This document shows positions 43,632 to 54,300 of a stretch of DNA of 64,000 bases, one piece after another (within the stretch, counting starts at the first letter, position 1; every line of letters begins with the position of its first letter). The stretch is from an uncultured Planctomycetota bacterium (GTDB lineage: Bacteria; Planctomycetota; Planctomycetia; Gemmatales; Gemmataceae): contig CAWKHF010000006.1 of the NCBI GenBank assembly GCA_963849325.1, positions 288,001-352,000 of the forward strand, given 5' to 3'. The notes beneath the pieces were generated by a model. That model was not told the origin of the DNA, made no database searches, and was given only the letters and a program-made list of their open reading frames with translations. Position numbers and translations under genes: made by a program.

Positions 43632-44579
43632 ATGCGACGCATCATCTACTTATCCTGGCCGGCCCGCGAGATCACCGGCGGCATCAAGATGGCTTTCCGT
43701 CACGTCGAGACCCTGCGCCAGGCCGGCTTCGACGCGCACGTCGCCACGCCCGACGCCCAACCTCCCGGCTGGTTCCAGACCACCGCCTCCCCGCTGCCGC
43801 TAGAGGCGCTGGCCCCCGCCACCGATGTCCTGGTCTTCCCCGAGAACCATGCCGGCTTCTTCCGCCACTTCGCCCCCTGGAGCAACCGCAAGGTCGTCTT
43901 CTGCCAGAACCAGTTCATGATCTACCGCGGCCTGGACGGACAGTCCGACTACGCCGACTTCGGCGTGACCGATGTGCTCTGCCCCGGCCAGCAAGTGGCC
44001 GCCTTCTGCCGCCGCCGCTGCCCCAAGCAAACCATCCACCTCGTCCCCTATCCGCTGGACGAACGCCTGTTCGTCCCGCGTCCTCCCAAGCGTTTGCAGA
44101 TCGCCTACGCTCCCCGCAAGCGGCCGCTGGAGGCGGCTTTTGTCCGCGATCTGTTCCGGGCTGATAATCCGGCGTGGGCCGCCATCCCGTGGGTGCCGTT
44201 GGCCAAGATGTCCGAAGCGGAGGTGGCGCGGGTCTTGGGCGAGTCGGCGTTGTACCTGTCGTTGTGCCGTTTCGAGGCGTTGCCGTTATCGCTGCTGGAG
44301 GCGTTGGCCAGCGGCTGCGTGGTGGCCGGCTTCACCGGCTGGGGCGGCCGCGACTTTGCCACGTCGGCCAACGGCTGGTGGGCGGCCGAGGATGACTGCC
44401 TGGACGCTGCCGCGCAACTGACGCAGGCGGCGCGGCTGGTCATCGAGGGCGGCGATCGTTTGCGGCAGATGGTGGACGCGGCCGTGTCCACGGCCGCCGT
44501 CTACAGCCGCGAGCGCTTCGTGCGTCAGCTCACCGCTTGTTGGCGCCAGCTCCTCCAAGAGAAGCCGACGGTCTCTTGA
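43632..44579 (+). CDS. GT-B (GT4-like) glycosyltransferase
   Basis: ITGGIKMAFRHVETLRQAG, VLVFPE, FCQN, EALPLSLLEALASGCVVAG (EX7E). Confidence 0.85.
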   Translation: MRRIIYLSWPAREITGGIKMAFRHVETLRQAGFDAHVATPDAQPPGWFQTTASPLPLEALAPATDVLVFPENHAGFFRHFAPWSNRKVVFCQNQFMIYRGLDGQSDYADFGVTDVLCPGQQVAAFCRRRCPKQTIHLVPYPLDERLFVPRPPKRLQIAYAPRKRPLEAAFVRDLFRADNPAWAAIPWVPLAKMSEAEVARVLGESALYLSLCRFEALPLSLLEALASGCVVAGFTGWGGRDFATSANGWWAAEDDCLDAAAQLTQAARLVIEGGDRLRQMVDAAVSTAAVYSRERFVRQLTACWRQLLQEKPTVS

Positions 44580-44592
44580 CGGCCCGCGGAGT

Positions 44593-47500
44593 TCACGGAG
44601 CGGGCGGATCGGCGCCGGCATAGGACTTTTCCTCGATCAGGTCGGAGCCGCACAGGGCGTTCAGGCGGCGTTTGAGTCCGGCCCGCCGGTCGTTGAGACG
44701 GTAGACGGAACGAGCCAGCTCGACAAAATCCGAGCCGAAGTCCTGCCGCTCTTCGCAGCGACGCAACTTGTCTTCCACCTGCCACAGTTGTTCGTTGACT
44801 TCCTTGAGTTGGCAAAGCAGCGGGTTCAGTTCGGTCGGTTCGCGCAAGGACCGCGCCCGCGCCGCCTGCAACGCACCCAACTCGACGCAGACGTGCTCGC
44901 GCTTGATAGCATCGGTGAGGCGTACCCGCTTGATCTCCAAGATGGTGATCTTGTCCAACAGCTCGCCGGGGGCGATCTCCACTACCAGCGGCTGACGCAG
45001 GGCCGCATGGGCCTGGCGGACGCGAACCGCTGCGGCGACGCGAACGAAGACCTCGTCCCAGTCGCCCCAGCGTCTTTGGCGGAACAGACGCAGGGTCGGA
45101 TACCAGGGACTGTCCTCGCGGTCCAGCAGCCAACGCCAGTCCCGCGCAACGGGCAAGACGAGCCAGACCGGCACGCCGAGGCGCCGGCCAGGTGAGCGAT
45201 GGCGGTGTCGGAGGTGACCACCAAGTCGAGGTGCTGCATCAGGGCGGCAGTGTCCATGAAAGCGCCGCCGGACTCGTCCAGCCGCTCCGTCCAGTCCAGC
45301 ACGTTCCATTCGGCCGCCACCGCCGCCAACTGCTCACGGCCTGGACCCTTCTGCAAGCTCAAAAGGCGCACGCCGGGGAGGCGGGCCAGCGGCTCGAAAT
45401 GCTTCAGCGGCAGGGAGCGGTGCTTGTCGCCAGCGTATTTGCTGCTGCCCTGCCAGGCGATGCCGACCTTGAAGCCGGAGACGGCGGCCAGTTCCGCACC
45501 CCAGCGCTCGATCCGCTGCGGGTCGGCGGACAGATAAGGTACGTCGGCGGGCACCGTCTCCAGCGTGGTATGAAAGAGGCCGGGCAGACTCAACAGCGGC
45601 GCCTGTACGTCGAACTCCGGCAGCGGCGCGCCGCCGGGCAGCAACTGGTCAATGCCCGGACAACGCCGCAGTAAGGGCACCAGCGCCGGCTGCACCTCGG
45701 CCAGCACCACGCCGCCGCGGGCCTGGACAAGGGCCGCATAGCGGATGAACTGCAAGGTGTCGCCCAGACCCTGCTCCGCATACAACAAGATCCTCTTCCC
45801 CTCCAGCGGGCCGCCGTCCCAACGCGGCTTTGCCAACGAACGCCGTGCCGCTCGGGCGCAACTGCCAACGCCACTCGTACTCCGGCCAGCCACGCGGAAA
45901 GTCGCCGCACAACAGCCACGCCAAGGCCAGGTTCTTGTGCGTGTCGGCCTGGTGCGGGTCCAGCCGGATCGACTCCTGGTAGCACGGCAGCGCCTCCTTC
46001 AGGCGGCCTTGCTGCTCCAGCGATACGCCCAGGTTGTTGTGGGCGGGAGCGTGATTGGCCTGGCAGCGGATGCTGGCGCGGAAGCACACCTCGGCCTCGG
46101 CCGGCCGGCCCTGCTCGATGAGGGTAATGCCCAAATGATTGTGCAGTGGACCCGAATCGGGCTGCCGCGCCAGGGCGAGGCGATAGCAGTCCTCCGCCGC
46201 TGTCAGCCGTCCCAGCCGGCGCAGCGCATCGCCCCGGCCATAAAGGGCTTCCGTCGCGTTGGGCCGTTGTCGCAAGGCTTCCTCGAAGCAGGCGTCGGCT
46301 TCTTCCAGCTCTCCCTGCTGCAAGAGCGCGCGTCCCAGTTGCAACCGCGTCTCCGTCTGCTCCGGCCGCAGCCGCAACGCCAGGCGATAACTGGCCACCG
46401 CCTCGGCCCACTTGCCTTGCCGGCCTCGTTCCGCCCCCAGAGTGACATAACCCGACGGCGTATCGCGCTGGCCGCGCAGGGCCTGCTCGTAGTGCGGGGC
46501 CGCTCCGCGGCGGTCGCCGAGCTTGTCCAGGGCGACGGCCAGGTTGTAGTGGGCTAGGCGAAAATCGGGTTGCCGCGCCAACGCCTGCCGGTAGTGGTCG
46601 CAGGCCGCCCGCGTTTCTCCCAGGGCAGCCAGCACCACGCCGAGGTTGTTGTGCGTCGCGGCCAGGCCCGGCTTGAGCGTCAAGGCTTGCTCGTAGCAGG
46701 CGCGGGCCTCGGTCAACTCGCCCTGCCGCTGCAGCGCCTCGCCCAGATTGTTCAGCGCCTCGGCGTAACGGGGCCGCAGACGCAACGCCTGGCGGTAGAC
46801 GCGGACGGCCTCGGCCAGTTGGCCCTGATGGGCCAGGGCCACGCCCAGATTGTTGCATGTCGGCGCCGAGTCCGGCTGATGCTGCAAGGATAGCCGCAGG
46901 TAGCCGATGGCCTCGGTCCAGCGGCCCTGGCGGCACAACTGCCGGCCCTGGCGAGCCAAGGTGCTGGCGTCCGCAGTTGGAGGGGCCGCCGCCTGACCAT
47001 TGCCGCCGGGACGCTGCCGCCGCAACTCGTCGGCCAGGCGAGCAAAGACCTCGTCCCAGTCCCCCCAGCGTCTTTGGCGGAACAACCGCAGGGTCGGATA
47101 CCACGGACTGTCCTCGCGGTGCAGCAGCCAACGCCAGTCCGGCGCAAACGGTAGGGCGAGCCAAACCGGCACGCCGAGAGCTCCGGCCAGATGGGCGACA
47201 GCGCGTATCGCAGCTGACCACCAGGTCCAGGTGCTTCATCAGGGCGGCGGTGTCCAAGAAGCGCCGCCCGACTCGTCCAGCCGCTCCGCCCAATCCACGA
47301 CGCCCCAGTCTTGCGCCACCATTGCCAACTGCTCGCGGCCATGCCCCTTCTGCAAGCTGACCAGCCGCACCCCCGGCACAGCCGCCAAGGCCGCGAAGTG
47401 CGCCAAGAGGATGGAGCGATGACGGTCGTCGGGGTAGTGGGGATCGCCCTGCCAGGCGATGCCTACCTTGAAACCGGGCACGCCCCGCAACTCCGCGCCC

Positions 47501-49985
47501 AGCGCTCGATCCGTTGCGGATCGGCGGCCAGGTAGGGCACGTCGGCGGGCACCGTCTCCAGCGTGGTATGAAAAAGACCGGGTAAGCTCAGCAAGGATGC
47601 CTGCACATCAAAGTCGGGCAAGGCGGCACCGGCGGGCAGCACGTGGTCGATGCTTGGACAGGAACGTAACAGCGGCGCCAGCGCTGGCTGGACCTCGGTC
47701 AGGACCACGCCGCCGTGCTGCCGCACCAGGGAGACGTAACGGACCAGGTGCAAGGTATCGCCCAGCCCATGCTCGGCGTACAGCAGAATGGTCCGGCCGT
47801 CCAGCGGCTCACCCTGCCAACGCGGCTGCGACCAGGCACGTGGCCCAGCCTCTTGGTTCCGGCCGTGTCGTTCATACTCCGGCCAGCCACGCACGAAATC
47901 ACCGCGTAACAGCCAGGCCCAGGCCCGGTTGGCCCGCGCCGCGGCGAAATCGGGCCGCAGGCGTAAGGCTTCGTCGTAGGCGGCCAGCGCCGCCTCCAGG
48001 TTCCCTTGCTTGAGCCGGACGATGCCCAGGTTGTTGTACCCTTCGGCGGAGCGGGGATGGCGACGGAGCGTCTGCTGATAGAGGGCCGCCGCCTCGTCCA
48101 GCTGCCCCTGCTGGATCAAGGCCTCCCCATCGTTGTTGCTGGCTGGGGGCGGTTGCGGCGCGGATGGCACCGCTTCCGCCGGCCGCTGTCGTCGCAACTC
48201 ACCGGCCAGCCGGGCGAAGACCTCATCCCAGTCGCCCCAGCGTTGCTGGCGGAACAGGCGCAGGGTCGGATACCACGGGCTGTCCCCCCGCTCCCGCAGC
48301 CAACGCCAGTCGCAGGCCGCCGGCAGTACGAGCCAAACCGGCACGCCGAGAGCGCCGGCCAGGTGAGCGATGGCGGTGTCGGAGGTGACCATCAGGTCGA
48401 GGTGCTGCATCAGGGCGGCAGTGTCCATGAAAGCGCCGCCGGACTCGTCCAGCCGCTCCGTCCAGTCCAGCACGTTCCATTCGGCCGCCACCGCCGCCAA
48501 CTGCTCACGGCCTGGACCCTTCTGCAAGCTCAAAAGGCGCACGCCGGGGAGGCGGGCCAGCGGCTCGAAATGCTTCAGGGGGATGGAGCGGTGGCGGTCA
48601 TCGCGGTAGGTGGGACTACCCTGCCAGGCGATGCCGATCTTGAAGCCGGAGACGGTGGCCAACTCCGCGCCCCAGCGCTCCATCCGTTGCGGATCGGCGG
48701 ACAAATAAGGTACGTCGGCGGGCACCGTCTCCAGCGTGGTATGAAAGAGGCCGGGCAGACTCAACAGCGGCGCCTGTACGTCGAACTCCGGCAGCGGCGC
48801 GCCGCCGGGCAGCAACTGGTCGATGCCTCGGCAGGACCGCAACAGCGGCACCAGCGCCGGCTGCACCTCGGCCAGCACCACGCCGCCGCGGGCCTGGACC
48901 AGCCGCGCATAGCGGATGAACTGCAGGGTGTCGCCCAAGCCCTGCTCCGCGTACAACAGGATCGTCCGACCCTCCAGCTCGCTCCCATCCCAACGCGGCT
49001 GTGCCCCCGAACGCCGCGTGAAGTCCTTGGTCCGCCAACGCCATTCATATTCCGGCCAACCCTGCTCGAAGTCGCCACGCAACAGCCAGGCCAGGGCACG
49101 ATTGCAATGGGCGTCGGCGTAGTCCGGCTTGAGCCGCAACGCCTCCTCGTAAGCCGACAAGGCCGCGGCCACGTCGCCCTGGCGAACGCGGACGATGGCC
49201 AAGTTGTTGTACGCCTCCGCGTAAGACGAGTTGAGCCGCAACGCCTGCTGCAAGGACTCGGCCGCCTCGCCCAGCTTTCCTTGCTGCCGCAGGGCGTTGC
49301 CCAGGTTATTGTGGGCCTCGGGGTAGTCCGGCTTCCGACGCAGAGCGCGGCGATAGCAGGCGACGGCCTCGTCCAGCCGCCGCTGCCCGGCCAGGGCCAC
49401 GCCCAAGTTATTGTGCGCCTCGGCCGAATGCGGCTGGCGTCGCAACGCCTGCTGATAGACGGCGGCTGCCTCGGCCAGGTGGCCCTGCTCGGCCAAGGCC
49501 ACACCCAGGTTGCCCTGCGCCTCGACGTGCTCCGGGCAAGCACGCAGGGCTTGGCGGAACGCCTCGGCGGCCTGCGCCGGCCGGCCTAGCGACAGCAGGG
49601 TGACGCCCAGGTTGTTGCACGTATCGGCCGTTTGCGGCTGGAGTTGCAAGGCCTGCTCGTAGCTGGTCACCGCTTCTTCCAGGCGTCCCAGGCGGCGCAG
49701 GGCGTTGCCGCGGTTGTGGTAGGCGTGGGCGTAATCGGGTTGTCGCTTCAGGGCGCGCTCGTAGCAGTCGAGGGCCTCGGCGTGGCAGCCTTGCTCGGCG
49801 AGGATGACGCCCAGGTTGTTGCACAGTTCAGCCTGTTCGGGCTGTGCCGCCAGCGCTTGCTCCAGGCAGCCACGCGCTTCGTCGAGACGGCCCTGGCGGA
49901 ACAAGGTCAGGGCGCGTTGGCGCGGCCCTGCGGTGGTTGACTCCGCTGCCGGCGCTGGGGTGGGTTTGGACACGCGAGGTTGCAT
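44593..49985 (-). CDS. Triple (TPR-GT9) module protein with C-terminal DUF6165-like domain (~1800 aa); frameshifted
   Basis: AEAHNNLG TPRs; three copies of GWPEYE..EQGLGDTLQF..PLLSLP..GIAWQG..LSLQKG..DTAALM..LDLVV..DWRW..SPWYPTLRLFRQ; tail PGELLDKITILEIK...EEKSY. Confidence 0.88.
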
Positions 49986-50055
49986 GACGGACTCCTGCGC
50001 TATCGAGACAGCGGATAGCGATGAATGAGGAGAGCCGAGCCTCCTCGATGCCGCC

Positions 50056-50842
50056 TCAATCCGGTGCCTCCGTTGGAGGCTTCGTTGCGGACAGAGGGCG
50101 GTCGCTGGTTTGGGCGTCGGGGCGAAGGGATGCAGGCCGGTCGGGCGCTGCTTGCCGCCAGCCGAGTTGATGGGCCATCTCTCCCAGCCCCACGAACACA
50201 CGCCGCCCCTGCTCCCCAGCGCCGGCGTGCCGGAACCAGTTGTCAAACAGCCCCGCCTGCCGTAGGGCCGCGACGCGAAAGGCTGCCCAGTGACCCGCCG
50301 GTGTCCAGCCGCCCGGACGCCCGTCGCGGACGAGAAACGGCACACCTCGATACCACGTCTGTGCGCAAGAATTCGACCTCGCCGGGCGGGTAATCGTTCC
50401 ACAGCACGGGGCCGACGACATCCACGCCTGGCTGCAGCCTGGACGACAACTCCGACCACCAGCCGTCCTCCGGAGGCGTATCCTCATCAATGCAGACCAC
50501 GTATTCGCTTCGGAAGGGCAGGTCGCACCACAGCCAACGCAGTATCACCGCCAGAGGAAATCGGCGTGGGAAGCACCAGCAAGCGAACGGCAGGCCGGAG
50601 GAGGTGCTGCCGCGGAAGCGTTCGACGCCTTCGGGCAGGCGGGCATACTCCAGGACGCGGCCTTCAGAACTGAGCCGGCCCAGGGCATAGTGTCCCTCCG
50701 GAGAGGATGCGGCCAGCCCCAAGCGTAATTCCAGGTCGTTGGGCGGCATGGCCTCCAGGACGCGATCCAGCCAACATCGCCAGGCGGCGGAGTGTCCCTG
50801 GACAGGGCACAGGCAAAGAGTGGCGCGAGGTCCGTCGGGCAT
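50056..50842 (-). CDS. GT-A (GT2-like) glycosyltransferase-like protein; frameshifted
   Basis: EYVVCIDEDT (DxD-like), W..L..R..PGVDVVG, GHWAAFRVAALRQ across two frames; co-oriented with TPR-GT9. Confidence 0.45.
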
Positions 50843-51385
50843 GGCGAGCTGGAGGCGAGGGTCTGCTTAGGGACTCATCCCGCTGCCGCTCCGGCCTTGG
50901 CCTGGTGGAAAGCGGGGTGGGAAAGTACAGGGCGTCGTGCGTGCTGGCCTTTACTCTACCAGCCCCGGCCGACACCGGCAACATTTCCGTGCGGGGAGTT
51001 CCCTGTGTGGGGATTGGCCAGCTCCGGCACAGGGGAAACTCTCCCAATAGTCGTCATCGACAGGAGTTTCCGCCCGTACCCGAACGGGGACAGTGGCGCC
51101 CGTGCCGGTGGTGCGATAATCAACTTGCCTTGCAGGGAAGTCGAGAGTGATGAACACCTGTCGTTGCCCCGAATCGTGTGCAGCCACGAACGATCGGAGA
51201 TCCTCATCAGGGAACTTATCAGCGGGGACGTTGGATGGGGACATGGTTGTTGCTCCGAGCTTTGGTGGAAAAGAGTTAGTCAACCTTTACCAGGACGCGA
51301 GGCGTGGGCGCAAGGGCCGAAATCTGACAAATCGGTGATGGGACGCGGGAAGGGAATTCTCAGGTGAGGATCGGCTGGCTCGAAA

Positions 51386-54300
51386 TCACGGCAGGTCTGG
51401 CCCCTGGTCCTGGCGTTGTCGCTCCAGGGCAATGCGTTCGCGGAAAGACATTGGCGGCTTGCCGGTTGAATCCTCCGGCGCTGCCCCCGGCAACACCTCC
51501 CCAGCCCCCCATTCGCCATCCGTCTCAACCGCTTGATCCGATACGGGATGTGCCTCTTGCCGGCGTCGGATGCGGGCGGTGACAGGTTCCTCGGCGGATG
51601 AATGCTTCTGTCGGGCGCGCTGCGGCGTCGCCTCGATGGTGTTGGCGGCTTTGAGCGCCTTGATCCTGTCTGCCAGCGCGGAGGTAGTCGGCCCGCGTTC
51701 TTCGCCAGACTCGTGCCCCGTCGCCGACAGTTTGACCTTGAGCCGGTCACGCAGCTCCGTCAGTTCATTGAGATACTGGTCGTGCGGGAAGGGCTTGCCC
51801 AGGCGGGCCTGGTAGTCGCGGAGCTGCGACTCGGCGATGGAAAGGTCTTGGCGGACGCGGACGCATTCGGAGCCATAGCCGCCAGCCAGTCGTTCCAGGG
51901 CGTTGAGGACGGCACGCGGCCCCTGGTGCTCCCGCGACAGCGTGGCTTGGCGGGTGATCGCGCCTTCGAGGTACACGTCGGGCGGGAATTGCGGATGCAG
52001 GACGAGGCCAAAGCGCAAGCCCCGATAGGTGCCGAGTGGCACGCGGGTCGTATCGCGGACGTTGCGTGGCAGGTGGTCGAGTTGATCGGCCAGGACACTC
52101 GGCGCGTCCTCGCGTGACCAGGGGCGCTTACCGAGTGTGATCGGGTCGCTGGCGTGGGCCGTGGCGGTCGCCTCGTCGGCGGTGAGCTTCGACAGCCGTT
52201 CATGGAGGCTGTCGATGGTGCTGGGCAAATCGCGCACGCTGCGGCGGGCGACGTATTGCTCGTCCAGGTGGTTCTTGTTCAGGAGGTTGAGGCGTTGCAG
52301 CTCGGCATCGGCCTCGGCCAGCGTCAGCACGGCCGGGTTGCCCGAGGCAATCGCCTTGACCTCGGCGTAGGAAAGTTCCTGGCCGCCAATGTCCTCGGCC
52401 CGGCGAGCGGCGTTGTCGCCGGTGATGACCTGCGCGATGAACCGGGCCTTGGTTTCCAGGGCTTGCCACATATAGGCGTCGAAGGAACCTTCCGTGACGT
52501 AGCGGTAGATCGCCACTTCCTCGTTTTCGTTTCCTTGCCGCAGGATGCGGCCTTCGCGTTGTTCCACCTCGGCCGGCTTCCACGGGGCGTCAAGATGGTG
52601 TAGCGCCACCAGCCGTTTCTGAACATTCGTGCCGGTGCCCATTTTCTGGGTGCTGCCGATCAGGACACGCACCGAGCCTTGCCGTACCTTCTCGAAGAGC
52701 GCCTGTTTCTTGGCGTCGGATTCGGCCTCGCCGATGGCGGCGATCTGCTCGCGGGGAATGCCGTGGGCGATGAGTTTTTTGATAATGTCCTGGTAGGGCG
52801 AGTACCCCCAGGGAGTAGGATTGACGCCCATGTCGGCGAAGATCATTTGCGTGCCGCGCGTCGCGGCGGTCTTCTTCCAGATGGAGGCGACATTCTCAAC
52901 GAGGCGGTTGACCTTCGATTCCGGAAAATCGGGGGCCGTGGGCGACAACATCCTGGCGTCGGTGGCGAGCTTGCGGCCGTCGGTGGTGATGTTGAGGGCA
53001 TTGTCAACCCGGGGATCGACTTTCTGCGAACGTAACTGCTCGTAGCGTTCCACCAGTTCCTGTTGAAGCGCGTGCTGCTCCTCGGACATCGGACAGGCAA
53101 CGACGATCGGCTTGCCGCCTTCCAGGCTGGGCCGGGGCAGGTCCAGCATTTCCGCCGTCTGCACGTCGGCGAAGGCCCGGAACATCTGTTGGAGTTCCGG
53201 CAGGTTGGTGAAGCGGGCGAACCGGCTGCGCGGCCGGAGCGAGGCGCCGTCGGGGGAAATCTCCATCGTGTCGATCACCTCGCCGAAGGTGGCCGCCCAG
53301 GCGTCGAAATGCTCCAGGCCGCGTGCCTGGAGTCCTTCGGGGTCGAGGAAACGCTGCATGGTGTACATCTCGACCATCGTGTTGGAGATCGGCGTGCCGG
53401 TGGCGAACGTCACTCCGTGGCCGGGGTGCTGCTCATCAAGGTATCGCGCCTTCATGTACACGTCGAAGGCCCGCTCCGAGCCGCCGGTCTGGATGCCGGC
53501 GACGCGCTCCATCTTGGTCGGCGTCTCCAGGTTCTTGAAGTAGTGGGCCTCGTCGATGAAGATGTGATCGACGCCGAGTTCATCAAAGACCAGCCCGTCA
53601 TCCTTCTTGTCCTCGGCCAGCAAGTCCTTCAGCCGTTCGGCCCTCGCGGCCTTCTGCTTCTCAATGGTCTTGATGAGGTTGCGGTTGGCGCCCCGGTCGG
53701 CCGCATGTTCCCGCAGCAACTCGTCATATTCGGCGATCTGCTCGGTCAGGAACTTTTCCTGGTAATCCCGCGACATGCCGATGCGCTCGAAGCTGCTGTG
53801 GGTGACGATGATGCCGTCCCATTCGCCGCTGGCGATCTTGGCGGTGAGCATCTTGCGCCGCTCCCTGGTCAGGTCTTCCTTGGCGGCCACCAGCAGCCGG
53901 GCATTGGGATAGAGTTGCATGAATTCGCGGGCAAATTGCTCCAGCAGGTGATTGGGGACCACGTACATCGGCTTCTTGATGAGGCCGGCCTGCTTCATCT
54001 TCATGCCGGTGGCGGTCATCGTAAAGGTCTTGCCAGCCCCGACGGCGTGGGCCAGCAGCGTGTTGCCCGAACTCATGCCGCGCCAGACGGCATCGTCCTG
54101 GTGGGGCCGCAGCCGGATGGTCTGGTTCATGCCGGGGAAGTCGAGGTGCGAGCCGTCGAACAGGCGCGGACGCAAATTGTTGTAGATGTCGTTGTACGTT
54201 CGCACGAGCCGCTCGGTGCGTCCGGGATCGGAGAAGACCCAGGAGCGGAATCGTTCCTTGATAAGCTTTTGCTTCTCGCGGGCGGCCATCGTGGCTTCCT

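Noticed and set aside
50951-51283. ORF between GT cluster and helicase
   Set aside because: No recognisable motif; appears truncated, cannot be supported
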